Source: Deltaproteobacteria bacterium
GTDB taxonomy: Bacteria; Myxococcota; Kuafuiibacteriia; Kuafuiibacteriales; Kuafuiibacteriaceae
Assembly: GCA_040218735.1 (NCBI GenBank)
Contig: JAVJQW010000043.1
Coordinates: 320,001-384,000 of the forward strand
Reading direction: 5' to 3'
Length of the DNA: 64,000 bases
Shown here: in pieces, positions 1 through 11,200 of the stretch
Layout: every line of letters starts with the position of its first letter
How positions within the stretch are numbered: the first letter of the stretch is position 1
Program-made: the position numbers and the translations under genes
The notes under the pieces: model-generated
What the model was told of the DNA's origin: nothing
What the model saw: only the letters and a program-made list of their open reading frames with translations
Databases searched by the model: none

Positions 1-531
1 CGTGGACTCGAGGATCATCGCGGCGCACGGTCGATGCGCGGCGAGGGACCCGACGACACCGCCGCCGAGCGAGCGCCCGTGAAACACGATCTTCGCGGCG
101 TCGACCTCCGGTCGCGCGACGAGTCGATCGTAGAACGCGATGTAGTCCGACGTGATCGACTCCTGGCTCGGCTCACCCGCGGAGCGTCCGTAACCGCGGA
201 ACTCGGCGAGCAGCACCGACACGCCCAGCGTGCGGTAACGCGCGAGGGGGAGCTGCCAGAAGTCGATCGCCTCACCGTTGCCGTGCGCGAAGATCACGGC
301 CGGGCCGGGGGCGTCCGCGGTGCGACCTTCTCCGACGAGGAACCACGCCTCGACGCGGCCTTCGGGGGTGTCGAGCCACCACGTCTCACCCTCGACGCCG
401 CGCCCGCCCTCCGCGGGGACCTGCACGACGTGACGCGGGAAGATGATGCTCCGCTGCAGATAGGTCAGCACGGCTCCGTAGAGCACGTAGCAGACGGCGG
501 CGCCGATCAGAAGTCGCTGGGCGGTACGCAC
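1..531 (-). CDS. Alpha/beta hydrolase (Bem46/ABHD13-like), runs off the window edge
   Basis: Absent from the ORF track and translated by hand from GTG at 531: MRTAQRLLIGAAVCYVLYGAVLTYLQRSIIFP...VIFAHGNGE...EFRGYGRSAGEPS...VFHGRSLGGG...MILEST. It has an N-terminal hydrophobic anchor and a GxSxG nucleophile motif. Confidence 0.85.
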   Translation of the reverse strand, partial: MRTAQRLLIGAAVCYVLYGAVLTYLQRSIIFPRHVVQVPAEGGRGVEGETWWLDTPEGRVEAWFLVGEGRTADAPGPAVIFAHGNGEAIDFWQLPLARYRTLGVSVLLAEFRGYGRSAGEPSQESITSDYIAFYDRLVARPEVDAAKIVFHGRSLGGGVVGSLAAHRPCAAMILEST

Positions 532-551
532 GGTGATGCCGGGTTTGAGCT

Positions 552-2258
552 ATGATCGCGCCGGCCGTGCGTGAACACAATCTCGAGCAGAAGCTCGCCG
601 GGCTGGAGCGCCTCCACCGCATCGGGCTCGCGCTGGGCGCGGAGAAGAACCGCGACGTCCTCGTGGAGCGCATCCTCATCGAGGCCAAGGAGCTCTGCAA
701 CGCCGACGGCGGGACGCTCTACCTCCGCACCGAAGACGACGACCTCGCGTTCACCATCCTGCGCAACGACACCCTCGACATCGCGATGGGGGGAACCACC
801 GGCGAGACGATCAACCTCCCGGCGATCCCGCTGACCCGCGACGGCGAACCCAACCACGCCAACGTCGCCTCGCACTGCGCGCTCCTCAAACACAGCGTGA
901 ACATCCCCGACGCCTACGACGCCGAGGGGTTCGACTTCTCCGGGACCAAGGCGTTCGACGCACGCAGCGGCTACCGCTCGAAGTCGTTCCTCACGATCCC
1001 GATGCTCAACCAGGAGGACCGAGTGATCGGCGTCCTCCAGCTCATCAACGCGCGTGACGCGGACGGCGCCGTCGTCGAGTTCCGCCCGATGGACCAAGAG
1101 ATCGCGGAGGCGCTCGCGTCGCAGGCAGCGATCGCGCTCGACAACCAGATGCTCCTGTACGCGCAGCGCGAGCTGATGGAGGCGTTCATCAAGCTCATCG
1201 CGGCGGCCATCGACGACAAGTCGCCGTACACCGGCGGGCACTGTCGTCGCGTCCCGGTGCTCACGGAGCTGATCGCGAAGGCGGTGTGTGAGACCGAGGA
1301 GGGGCCGTTCGCTGCGTTCGATCTGTCGGACTCCGAGTGGTACGAGCTGCACATCGCGGGCTGGCTGCACGACTGCGGCAAGGTCACGACGCCCGTCCAC
1401 GTGATGGACAAGGCGACCAAGCTCGAGACGATCACCGACCGCATCCAAGAGGTGCGTACGCGCTACGCGGTGCTGCGCCAGACGGCGCGCATCGCTCGCC
1501 TGGAGGCGGTCGCGAGCGGCGCGGACGAGGCGGCGACGCAGAAGGCGTACGAAGAGGAGCTCGCGAAGCTCGACGACGAGCTCGCGTTCCTGGAGGTCGC
1601 GAACATCGGCGGCGAGTTCATGTCCGACGACAAGAAGGACCGCGTCCGCGCGATCGCCGAGCGCCGCTACGAGAACGAACGCGGCGAGCTCGTCCCGGTG
1701 CTGACCGACGAGGAGGTGCACAACCTCCTCATCTCGCGCGGGACGCTCACCAACGACGAACGCATCGTGATCAACGGGCACATGGTCCAGACCATTCGCA
1801 TGCTCGAAGCGCTCCCGTTCCCGCGGCACCTGAAGCGCGTCCCGGAGTACGCGGGCGGCCACCACGAGAAGATGGACGGCAGCGGGTACCCGAAGGGCAT
1901 CTACGCTGGCGACATGTCCGTCCCCGCGCGCATCATGGCGATCGCCGACGTCTTCGAAGCGCTGACCGCGCAGGACCGCCCGTACAAGAAGGGCAAGGCG
2001 CTCTCGGAGGCGATGCGCATCATGGGGTTCATGAAGCGCGACAACCACCTCGACCCGGACCTCTTCGACATCTTCGTGAAGAGCGGAACCTACCGGCGCT
2101 ACGCCGCGGAGTTCCTCCCCGCCGAGCTGATCGACGACGTCGACGAAGCCGCGCTCCTCGCGATCGAGCCCAAGCCGTTCGAGCTCCCGGCGACGGGTGA
2201 GCGCGACAAACGCTGGGCGGCGTTCCTCCCCGAGTACGAAGCGACGATCCGCGATTAG
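552..2258 (+). CDS. GAF + HD-GYP phosphodiesterase (probable c-di-GMP PDE)
   Basis: N-terminal GAF (NIPDAY, GYRSKSFLTIPM, IGVLQLIN), then HD-GYP motifs YTGGHCRRV, LHDCGK, HHEKMDGSGYP and IADVFEALT..RPYK. True start may be GTG at 567. Confidence 0.9.
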   Translation: MIAPAVREHNLEQKLAGLERLHRIGLALGAEKNRDVLVERILIEAKELCNADGGTLYLRTEDDDLAFTILRNDTLDIAMGGTTGETINLPAIPLTRDGEPNHANVASHCALLKHSVNIPDAYDAEGFDFSGTKAFDARSGYRSKSFLTIPMLNQEDRVIGVLQLINARDADGAVVEFRPMDQEIAEALASQAAIALDNQMLLYAQRELMEAFIKLIAAAIDDKSPYTGGHCRRVPVLTELIAKAVCETEEGPFAAFDLSDSEWYELHIAGWLHDCGKVTTPVHVMDKATKLETITDRIQEVRTRYAVLRQTARIARLEAVASGADEAATQKAYEEELAKLDDELAFLEVANIGGEFMSDDKKDRVRAIAERRYENERGELVPVLTDEEVHNLLISRGTLTNDERIVINGHMVQTIRMLEALPFPRHLKRVPEYAGGHHEKMDGSGYPKGIYAGDMSVPARIMAIADVFEALTAQDRPYKKGKALSEAMRIMGFMKRDNHLDPDLFDIFVKSGTYRRYAAEFLPAELIDDVDEAALLAIEPKPFELPATGERDKRWAAFLPEYEATIRD

Positions 2259-3436
2259 TTCGCGACGCGCACCGTGATGCGCGTAATGCCGCGGTTGCCG
2301 ACGAGCGCGCCGTCGACGGTCACCACGTCCGTCGCCGTCGCGGTGAGGGTGTGCAGGCCCGGCGGCAGGGTGACCGCGCCGGTGAGCGGAGTGCCCGCGA
2401 CCTGGAGGTCGCCGTAGGTCACCGTCCTCACGCCGGACGCGTCGGTGGCCGTGACCTCGATGTCGAACGGGGAGGTAACGTCGGCGCCGTCGGTGGGTTT
2501 GTCGAACGTAACGGACGGCGGTGTGTTGTCGACGCGGAACATCCACCGGTCCACGCGCTCCGCGCCGTGGGTGTCCCACGCGAAGAGCGCCAGGGCGTGC
2601 GGCCCGTCGGTGAGCTGGCGGCTGTCGTAGCGGGCGGCGAGGGTCGAGGTGCTGGAGGTCGCGACGCGGACCTCGTCGATCTCGACGCGGAGCGCGGCGA
2701 CCTCGGACGGGTCGTCGGCGCGTACGTCGAACACGAGGTCACCGCCGTAGCGCAGCCCTTCCATCGGGCCGCTCAGCAGCGTGATCGTCGGGCCGGACGC
2801 GTTGTCGATCTGAAGCCCGATGCGGTGGACCGACTGAATGCCGGCGACGTCCGTCGCGGTCGCTTCGAAGCCCCACAACCCATCGTCGAGCGCCAGGGTG
2901 TCGACGCTGAAGCGAAACGGACCTTCGCGTCGTGACCCGAGCTGGACGCCGCGCGGCCCGACGAGCTGAACGATGTCGAGGCCGATGTCGTCCGAAGCGG
3001 TGACGACGATCTCGATCGTCCCCCGCACCACGGCGCCGTCGGTCGGTGTGGAGATGCGCACGACGGGGGCTGCTTGGGGACCGCAGTCGGGCTCATCCTC
3101 CTCGCCGTCGCAGTCGTTGTCCTTCTCGTCGGCGCAGATCTCCATCTGCTTCGACGACACGAGCGGGTCGTCGTCGTCGCAGTCGCCGCCCGGGCCGAAC
3201 GGGGCGCCGAGCCAGTTGTCGCCGTCACCGTCCTGATCGCCGTCGGGTGTCGTGTCGAGGCAGTCGTTGTCCTCGCCGTCGTACGGGATCTCTTCTTCGG
3301 CGCAGGGGACGCAGTACCCCGTCTCGCCCCCCTCGAACGCGCAGCGCATCGTCGCAGGGCAGGTCCCCGACGACAGGCACGGGTCGTCGCTGCTGCACGC
3401 CGCGAGGACGAGCACGAAGGGGGCGAGGCGTCTCAC
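2255..3436 (-). CDS. Lipoprotein with Cys/Asp metal-binding repeat and bacterial Ig-like domains
   Basis: Lipobox LAAC, a DCDDDDP...EICADEKDNDCDGEED motif, and about three Ig-like repeats (PVVRISTPTDGA, IDNASGP, VDNTPPSV). Confidence 0.75.
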   Translation of the reverse strand: MRRLAPFVLVLAACSSDDPCLSSGTCPATMRCAFEGGETGYCVPCAEEEIPYDGEDNDCLDTTPDGDQDGDGDNWLGAPFGPGGDCDDDDPLVSSKQMEICADEKDNDCDGEEDEPDCGPQAAPVVRISTPTDGAVVRGTIEIVVTASDDIGLDIVQLVGPRGVQLGSRREGPFRFSVDTLALDDGLWGFEATATDVAGIQSVHRIGLQIDNASGPTITLLSGPMEGLRYGGDLVFDVRADDPSEVAALRVEIDEVRVATSSTSTLAARYDSRQLTDGPHALALFAWDTHGAERVDRWMFRVDNTPPSVTFDKPTDGADVTSPFDIEVTATDASGVRTVTYGDLQVAGTPLTGAVTLPPGLHTLTATATDVVTVDGALVGNRGITRITVRVAN

Positions 3437-4521
3437 GCACGCGCCCCTTCTTCGATCGCGTCGTTCATCGACTGGTCGAGCGCAGCGAGGACACCCGCGT
3501 TGTCGTCGTGTTCGAAGCTGGCGAGGTGCGCGCGGTAGTCGTCCGTGCGCGCGAGGAACGCCTCGACCGTCTCGCGGTTCAGGACCTTCGCCTGTGCGCC
3601 GTACCCGAGCTTTTCGAGGTACGCGGCGTTGAGCACCTGCTCGAACTGACCGACGAGCGGCACCGAGAGCATCGGTTTGCCGAGGTAGATCGCCTCGCCC
3701 ATCAGCGTGAAGCCGCCGCCCGCGAGCACGGCGCGCGCGCTCGCGAGGTCGTCGATGAACGTGGTCTCCGAGAACGGCCGGTGGGTGAGGTTGCCGTCCA
3801 CGACGTCGCCGTCGATGTCGCGCTTCAGCCCGTAGATGCGGAACGGCACGTCGATCTGCTTGAGCTCGTCGACGAGTGTGTTGTGGCTGGTGCCCGACTG
3901 GTAGACGAGCACGTGCTCGCCGTCGCTCACGCGCGCCTTGGCGTCGAGGATGATGCGGCGGAGGATCGGCGGGTGAAGCGACGTGCGGTCGCGTTTCACC
4001 GGCGGATAGAAGAACGTCGTGATCAGGTAGCGGTTGCAGCGCGGGAGCTTCGCCCGAACGATGCTCTTGGTGAGCAGGAAGTCCTTCATCGCGCCCGCCA
4101 GCACGTCCTCGTCGTGGTGGCAGCGCGGGATGATCTGCATGTTGTCGACGGAGACGATCGGCACGCCCTGACCGCGCGCGAACCAGTACGTCCAGGACTC
4201 GAAGTCCGACACCACCACGTCCGGTGAGAAGTCCCGCGTGAGGCGCGTGTACGCCTTCAGGTTCTCCGGCACCCCCTTGAGCGCCTTGAGGTTCTCGATC
4301 GCCGTCTTCCGCTTTTTGACGACGTTGTCCTCGTACACCATCGTCAGCCCGGTGATGCGCGTGACGATGTCCGGGTGCCGCGCTTCGAGGTAGTTCACGG
4401 CGCGCCCCGAGCCGACGATCTGCATCTCGTGGCCCTGCGCGGTGAGGTGCTCGAGCAGGACGGCGGAGCGCATCGCGTGCCCCATCCCCTCGCCGACGAC
4501 GCCGTACAGAACTCTCAACAC
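3433..4521 (-). CDS. Glycosyltransferase (MJ1255-like, GT-B fold)
   Basis: YGVVGEGMGHAMRS, PDVVVSDFE, GGGFTLMGEA and PLVGQFEQ motifs. Stop overlaps the start of the downstream lipoprotein. Confidence 0.85.
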   Translation of the reverse strand: MLRVLYGVVGEGMGHAMRSAVLLEHLTAQGHEMQIVGSGRAVNYLEARHPDIVTRITGLTMVYEDNVVKKRKTAIENLKALKGVPENLKAYTRLTRDFSPDVVVSDFESWTYWFARGQGVPIVSVDNMQIIPRCHHDEDVLAGAMKDFLLTKSIVRAKLPRCNRYLITTFFYPPVKRDRTSLHPPILRRIILDAKARVSDGEHVLVYQSGTSHNTLVDELKQIDVPFRIYGLKRDIDGDVVDGNLTHRPFSETTFIDDLASARAVLAGGGFTLMGEAIYLGKPMLSVPLVGQFEQVLNAAYLEKLGYGAQAKVLNRETVEAFLARTDDYRAHLASFEHDDNAGVLAALDQSMNDAIEEGARA

Positions 4522-4522
4522 A

Positions 4523-6496
4523 TCACCCCTGTTTGTTCTTCTTGTCGCCCGGCGCCTTCTTCTTCTCGGGCGGCCGGTTCTTCTCGCGTTTGTGGAAACG
4601 GATCCGGGTCTCGAGCGCGCCCGCGAGCGCTTCGTTGGAGAGCTGCCCCAGCCGGTTGAGCCGATTGAGGAGCGCGCGGACCCGACCCATGTGCCGCCCC
4701 GACACGCGGCCCTCGTCGTAGTGTTTGTGGTAGAGCAGCGGCCCCGGGATGATCGTCGCGAGGTAGACCATCTCTTGCGCCTGAAGGCGCCGCGGCGGTC
4801 GGCCGAAGTAGTGCTCCGACGCGTCCGCGATGCCGTAGATGCTGGGGCCCCACTCGATCAGGTTCGCGTAGGCCTCGAAGATCTGGTCCTTGGTGAGCAC
4901 GGACTCCAGCAGGAACGTGATCAGCAGCTCCTGGACCTTGCGGAGCGCGGTGCGGTCACGCGAGAGGAACAGGTTCTTCACGAGCTGCTGCGACAACGTG
5001 GACCCGCCGCGCGCGCGGTCGTCGCTCTCCATCGCCTCCTGGATCGCCGCCCGCACCTCTTCGATCTCCAGCCCGCGGTGGAACGGGAACGTGCTGTCCT
5101 CGGACACGATGATCGCGCGTCGCTGGACGTACGGGATCCGCTTGTACGGGATCCAGCCCTCGGTCCCGGGGCCCTTCACGAGCGCGGTCTCGGAGCGGCC
5201 CTGCTTCGTGAGCGGGAAGTACTCGAACGGACCGTCGAGGAACTCGAGCCCGGTGATGACGCCCTCCTGGTCGAGCCCCTGCATCGAGTACTCGAGCTTC
5301 GGCTCCCACGTGGAGGGGTCGCGCAACTTGCCTTGCACCGAGCCGCTCATCGCGAAGAACACGTTCGGGGAGAGGTCCCGCGCGAACTCGGGTTCGTCCG
5401 AGCCGGGCACGGAGCGCAGCAGGCGGAGCAGCGGCGTCGACTTGAGCTCCGCCTTCGCGAAGAAGGCGGGAGAGTCCTCCTCTTCGGCGAGGCGGAGCGA
5501 CAGCACGACGGGGATCTGGTTGATCTCGACGATGCCGCCCTCCATCGCGAGGCGACGTTTGTCGACGTTGACCACGATGCGCGCCTTCTCGCGCGCCGAG
5601 AAGCCGACGAGGCGCCCCTTCGACACGTGACGGTTCGCGAGGTCGACGTCCTGCTGCGCCATGTCGAGGTCGACGGTGAGGATCTTCTTCTCGGACACGT
5701 AGCGCATGCCGACCGTGCCCTTCGAAGGGAGCTGGCGGATGTCGAGCTGACTGTCCTCGAGGAAGTTGCCGAAGATGGGGACGAGGTCACCCTCGGCGCC
5801 GGCCGACAGGTCCCAGCCTTCGTCCGTCGGGGTGATGCGGCCATTCACGGTGGAGCCGGTGGTCGGCTCGCGGATGGTGAGCGACGCCGCGGAGCGCCCG
5901 GACCGCATCTGGACCGTGACGTTGCCGTCGATCGGACCGAACGATCCCTGCCGGAAGCGATCCGGTATGGGGAGGTCGCTCCAGTCGAGTGAGAGGTCGT
6001 CGAAGGAGATCTGGATCTCGCGGAGCGCGCTCTTGCGATTCTCGCGCTTCCCCTGCTTCGGTTTGACGTCGACGAACGCCGGCCGCGCCTGGCCCTCCGT
6101 CTGACCGGCGAGCTGGATGCGCGGCTCGTCCAGCCGGATGCTCACCGCGTGGAAGCCGGACCCGAGCGCCGAGGACCACCGCTCCACGCACGCACGTTTG
6201 GTCGACATGCGGAGCTGATACGATCCACTGAAACGATTCATCTGCAGGTCGTGCAGACACGGCGCGAAGTTCCAGGCGAAGGACACGCCAGAGAGCTGAA
6301 CGGAGGCGCGCGCGCGGTTCGCGATACGCCCCGCGAGGTGCACCGCCAGCTCGCGGCTCACGTAGTCCGACGTGACGAAGAGCCGGACCACCACGGTCAC
6401 GACGAGCAGCGTGGTCGGAATCCCGATCAGGAGGACCCGCGCCATCGTCGCTTCGCGCGTCCGCGGGGGCCGGCGCACCTGTGGCTGCTCACTCAC
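4523..6496 (-). CDS. Monofunctional peptidoglycan transglycosylase (GT51) with a long N-terminal extension
   Basis: C-terminal GT51 motifs SEDSTFPFHRG, GGSTLSQQLVKNLFL, RKVQE and YANLIEWG. No transpeptidase domain. One TM segment near the N-terminus. Start is GTG 6496 or ATG 6445; the longer ORF-track extension overlaps the next gene. Confidence 0.8.
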   Translation of the reverse strand: MSEQPQVRRPPRTREATMARVLLIGIPTTLLVVTVVVRLFVTSDYVSRELAVHLAGRIANRARASVQLSGVSFAWNFAPCLHDLQMNRFSGSYQLRMSTKRACVERWSSALGSGFHAVSIRLDEPRIQLAGQTEGQARPAFVDVKPKQGKRENRKSALREIQISFDDLSLDWSDLPIPDRFRQGSFGPIDGNVTVQMRSGRSAASLTIREPTTGSTVNGRITPTDEGWDLSAGAEGDLVPIFGNFLEDSQLDIRQLPSKGTVGMRYVSEKKILTVDLDMAQQDVDLANRHVSKGRLVGFSAREKARIVVNVDKRRLAMEGGIVEINQIPVVLSLRLAEEEDSPAFFAKAELKSTPLLRLLRSVPGSDEPEFARDLSPNVFFAMSGSVQGKLRDPSTWEPKLEYSMQGLDQEGVITGLEFLDGPFEYFPLTKQGRSETALVKGPGTEGWIPYKRIPYVQRRAIIVSEDSTFPFHRGLEIEEVRAAIQEAMESDDRARGGSTLSQQLVKNLFLSRDRTALRKVQELLITFLLESVLTKDQIFEAYANLIEWGPSIYGIADASEHYFGRPPRRLQAQEMVYLATIIPGPLLYHKHYDEGRVSGRHMGRVRALLNRLNRLGQLSNEALAGALETRIRFHKREKNRPPEKKKAPGDKKNKQG

Positions 6497-6575
6497 GTGC
6501 TCCCGGGAGGATACGTCGCCGCCCCCGCCGAGGCGAGTACTACCCCCGCGCCTCGATTCGGCCGAGAATCGCCCC

Positions 6576-8189
6576 GTGCGTGGATTCCTCGCAGCGTGGG
6601 CGGCCCTGTTCGCGTCCGGTGCCGCCGGGTGCACGACCCACCACGTCACCGAGGTCGATCTCGCGGCGGACGCGGCGCGCACCATTTCGTTCTTCGTCGT
6701 GCTCGACGAGGCGAACACGATCACGCGCACCACGACGCCGCTGTTCGTCGAGGCCGACGGCACCTCGCGCGGGACGGCGCGCTCGGTGACGCTCGACGGC
6801 GACGAGGCCCACGTCGTCCTCGTGCGCGTCCCGGTCGAGGTGTTGGGTCCGAGCTTCGTCGGTTCGCGGTTCGACGACGTCGAGGTTCGCGTCGAGGCTC
6901 CGCCCATGGAGCGGTTGCGACGGTTCGCGACGGGCGGGGGCACGGTCGTCGACGCCGCGATCCCCGGCGACGCGGAGCTGTCGAGGGTCGACTTCGAAGG
7001 CGCGACCACGGCGCCGATCAGCTCGGACGACGCGCTCGCGAGTCGCGTGCGTGGCGCGATCACACTCACCACACCGGTCGATCCCGAGTTCTGTCGAGAC
7101 ACGTCGATCGCGCCGCTCGCGGCTTTCGGGGCCGAAGCGAAGCTGGAGCTCCCCGGCGAGGGCGGGGCCACGACGTTGCGCGGGCTCATCGCCGTGGAGC
7201 CCGACGTCGTCGTCGTCGCCGCCCAAGGAGGGCTGTACGTGGTGCGCCGCGGCGGTCGCGCCCAGACTCCGGCGCTCGTCCCGGGCACGCCGGGGCCGTG
7301 GCTCGACCTGACCGCGCTCTCCCCCGAAGTGGACAACGGGTTCTTCGCTGGCCTCGCGGTGGATCCGCGCGACGCAAACGGATCGTCGCGGCGGATCGTC
7401 CTCGCCGTCACGATGGAGTACGCGCTGGAGCAGTTCCGAAGTGCCGTCTACGAGGTGACGTACCGCGACGGGACGCTCGGTGAGGTCGTGACGTCGACGG
7501 TCTTCGACCACCGCGCGCGCGACGTGGCGTTCGCCGCGGACGGCACCTACGCGGTGATCGGTGACGAGGGCACGTTCCTCGAAGGCAGGCCGGACGGCAC
7601 GCTGCGTTCGCTGCCGATTCCCGCGCCGGTGGGTCCGATCGACGAGAGTCGTCAGGTGATCGCGACGGAGGATCCCGAGTTTCCGTGGGTCGCTGCGACG
7701 CGCGGTCGTCTGCATCGGTTCGTCGACGAGCGTCAGGCGTGGAGCGGAAAGATCATCATCCAGCCTTCGCAAGAGAGCTTGCACTTCGCAGGGCTCTCCG
7801 CGGTTCGGGAGGACGGCGAGATCGGGATCTGGGCGCTGGGATCGGCGGGGCTCCTCCTCAAGCTCGAGGACGGCGACTGGGCGGAGAAGCCGCTGGTGAT
7901 GCCGCCGTCGTACGGGCCGTGCTCGCCGAGCGGAAACGTCGCGACACCGATCCTCGCGGGATCGACGGAGGCGTTGGGCGGGGGCGAAGGGCTGCTGTTC
8001 CCGGTGAAGACGGGCTGCACGGCGGTCCCTGTCGTTCGTGTGTCGGACACGTGCACGTGGATGCTGCCGATCGAAGGGCGTGCCACCCGGCTCGGGGACG
8101 ACCTCATCGAGGTCATCGACGTCTTCGACGGTGAGTTGTTCGCGGCGGGGAAGGGGGCCTACCTCTACTCGACGCGGATCGCGGAGTGA
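6576..8189 (+). CDS. Hypothetical lipoprotein, beta-propeller-like C-terminal part
   Basis: GTG at 6576 gives the signal MRGFLAAWAALFASGAAGC. Repeats resembling propeller blades (AVIGDEG, WALGSAG, FAAGKG). Confidence 0.65.
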   Translation: MRGFLAAWAALFASGAAGCTTHHVTEVDLAADAARTISFFVVLDEANTITRTTTPLFVEADGTSRGTARSVTLDGDEAHVVLVRVPVEVLGPSFVGSRFDDVEVRVEAPPMERLRRFATGGGTVVDAAIPGDAELSRVDFEGATTAPISSDDALASRVRGAITLTTPVDPEFCRDTSIAPLAAFGAEAKLELPGEGGATTLRGLIAVEPDVVVVAAQGGLYVVRRGGRAQTPALVPGTPGPWLDLTALSPEVDNGFFAGLAVDPRDANGSSRRIVLAVTMEYALEQFRSAVYEVTYRDGTLGEVVTSTVFDHRARDVAFAADGTYAVIGDEGTFLEGRPDGTLRSLPIPAPVGPIDESRQVIATEDPEFPWVAATRGRLHRFVDERQAWSGKIIIQPSQESLHFAGLSAVREDGEIGIWALGSAGLLLKLEDGDWAEKPLVMPPSYGPCSPSGNVATPILAGSTEALGGGEGLLFPVKTGCTAVPVVRVSDTCTWMLPIEGRATRLGDDLIEVIDVFDGELFAAGKGAYLYSTRIAE

Positions 8190-8231
8190 GTCACTCGCAT
8201 CCGGGCCGACCCCCGTGGCAGATTCGAAACC

Positions 8232-11200
8232 GTGCGGAAGCGCGCTGCTCTGTTGCTGGCTCTCGTTGCGTGTTCGGGGGAGACCTCGGAGGAGCTCCGG
8301 CTCGCGGCCAGTGATCTCGGCGAGGGCCGTGTCGGAGAGTCCTACCGCGCGACGATCACCGCGAACCGCACCGTCGAATGGGACGTCCGCGGGGTCCCCG
8401 ACGGGTTGGTCGTGACGACGGACGGCGTCTCCGCGGAGCTCGCGGGTGTCCCGGTCGAGTCGGGGACGTTCGAGATCGACGTGACGGTCACGGCGGGCGA
8501 AGCGACGACCGGCCGGGTCTACGTGCTCGTCGTGCGTGAGGGCGCGCTCGCGATCACCACCGAGGCGCTCCCCGAGGCGGACGTGATGATGCCGTACAGC
8601 GCGACCGTCGAGGCGGCGGGCGGGCGCGGGATGCGGACGTGGACGGTGGAGGGCCTGCCCGAGGGGCTCACGGCGACGCGCGACGAGGCGGTGACGATCG
8701 CGGGGACGCTCGTGAACCCAGGGACCTTCGACGTTCGCGTCGCGGTCCGTGACGTGGGCGAGGGGACCGACGAGCGGACCTTCACGCTCCGGGTCCGCGC
8801 GAGCGAGCTCTCGATCACCACGACCGCGCTGCCGGTGGCGTTCGTCGGTGTGAACTATGCGGTGGCGATCGAGAGCGCGGGCGGCCGTGCGCCCTACCAG
8901 TGGACGATCACCGGAGGGCCCGAGGACTTCACGCTCGACGCCAGCACGACCTCCACGACTTCGTTGGTCGGGACGACCGCGAGCACCGGTCGCTACGCCG
9001 TCACCGTGCAGGTCGAGGACGCCGAAGGCGAGCGCGCGACGGCGACCTTCGACCTCGACGTCACCGACGGCCCGCTGACCGTCCTCACCTCCACGCTCAC
9101 GGACGCGCAGCTCGGCGTCGCGTACGGGACGACGCTCGGCGCGCGCGGCGGGGTGGGCACGGTGCGCTGGTCGATCACGAACGGCGGGCTCCCGAACGGC
9201 GTGTCGTTCGACACCAGCCTCGGTCGGGTGCAGGGGACGCCGACCGTCCTGGGCCGCCACGACTTCACGGCGCAGGTGATGGACGAACGCGGTCGCACCG
9301 CGTCGCAGCGGCTCACCCTCTTCGTCTCCGACGAGCCGCCGCTGGTGCTGACGACGTTGGACCTGCCGTCGGTCGAGGTCGGGCTGCCGGTCGAGCTCCC
9401 GATCGTGGCGACGGGCGGGTCGACGCCCTACACCTGGTCCGTCGACGGAACGCTCCCGACCGGTCTCACGGTCGATGACATCGGGACACCCAACACGTTC
9501 GTGCGCGGCGTACCGACGCGCCTCGAACGCGAGGACGTCGAGGTGACGGTCTTCGATCGCAACGGGCGGCGCGCGAGTCGTGTCTTTACGTTGGAGGTCA
9601 CGCCGAGCACGGTGCCGCTTCAGATCGACACCACGCAGGCGCCGGCCGGTGAGACGTGCCGCGACTACCTGTTCGTGCTCGCCGGGAGCGGTGGCTCGCG
9701 CACCGACTACACGTGGACGCTCGCGCAAGGCAGCTTGCCGGCGGGCCTCACCTTCGATCCGGTGGACGCGGTCGTGATCGGCGTCCCCGAAGCGACCGGG
9801 AGCTTCCCGGTGGTCTTCGCGCTCGAAGATGGCGTGGGGGAGCAGACGAGCGTCGCGATGACGATCGAAGTCGCGACCTCCGGCCGGCCGCGGTTCGGGC
9901 TCGCATCGACGTTCGGCGCGACGCATCGGCTGCTGTTCCCGATCGATCTGTGCACGTCGACGTTCGTGCAGGGGCTCCCGATCAACCAGCCGCTCCCCGA
10001 TGATGATGGCGTCAGCCTCTATACGCCGATCGTCTTCTCGCCGAGCGGGGATCGCGCGGCGTACGTCGCAGAGGAGGGCGGCGAAGAGCGGGTCTTCGTC
10101 GTCGACCTCTCCGGGGCGGCGCCGGTGCGCACCGCCGTCTCGGGGCCGCTGTTCAACACGATCGGCTCGGCGCGGATCTCTTGGTCGCCGACCGGGCAGC
10201 ACATTGCCTACGTGGCGGCGCCGGAGCCGAACCGCTACGCGGCGTTCGTCGCCGACGTCAGCAACCCGCAGAGCCCGGGTGCGCCGGTGCAGGTGAGCGT
10301 GGATCGTCCGGGGGGCAACGTGACGACCGAGGTGGTGTGGGCGCCGGACGGGCAGCGCTTTGCGTTCGTCGGGGACCCGCGCATCGACGAGACGTTCGAG
10401 CTGTTCGTCGGCAACGTGCAGTCGTCGACCGTGGCGAGCCCGGTGAGCGGAGCGATTGCGCAGGGGCAGGGCGTTCGCGGTTATCCGCCGGTGTGGGCGC
10501 GGGACGGTACACACGTCCTGTTCTCCGCGGTTCTTCGGGACACACGCATCGAGGTCTTCGCGGTGGAGGTCGGCGTGCCGAACGCGACGCCGTTCCCGAT
10601 CGCACCGAACGCGCCGTCGTACACGGCGAGTTACACGCCGTACTTCGTCGCGCCGAACCGTGAGCGCTTCGTGTACGTCGCGACCCAAGAGACACCCGGT
10701 GCGTGGGAGATGTACCTGGTCGAGCTGCGCTCGCCTCCGTTCACGCCCGTGCGCCTCGGGCACGCGCTGGTGGCGGGGGAGTCGATCAACAAGCTGAAGT
10801 GGTCCGAGGACTCTGAGAAGGTCCTCTACATCGTGCCGGAGTCCGGGATCTCGGCGGGGGCGCTGTACGTCGCCGAGGCCGCGTCGCCGGCGACGTCGAT
10901 TCGCATCGACGCACCGGCGTCGTCGGGTGCGCGCGTGACCAATCAGGACTGGGCGTTCGACTTCGATTCGACGGGAGACCGCGTTGCGTACCTCGAGTCG
11001 GACGTGATGACCGGGCAGTCCGATCCGTACTTCGTCGATCTGTCTTCCGGGACGCCGACGACGCCGGTCCGGCTCGGCCCGCCCGCGCGCGGACGGACGA
11101 CGGTGGGTTTTTCGTGGGCGCGTGATGCGCCGCGGGTCGCGCTGATGACCCACGGGAACTCGACGGTCGGGATCGGCGAGATGTTGGTCGTCGACGTGTC

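Noticed and set aside
34-555. 173-aa plus-strand ORF
   Set aside because: It is shadow of the minus-strand alpha/beta hydrolase, which the track missed because it runs off the edge.
1380-1780. Large insertion splitting the HD-GYP domain
   Set aside because: To my knowledge this architecture is common among GAF-HD-GYP proteins, so it is not novel.
6497-7411. N-terminal 300 aa of the 962-aa transglycosylase ORF
   Set aside because: It is Ser/Thr-rich antisense of the lipoprotein at 6576; the TM anchor places the start near 6445-6496.
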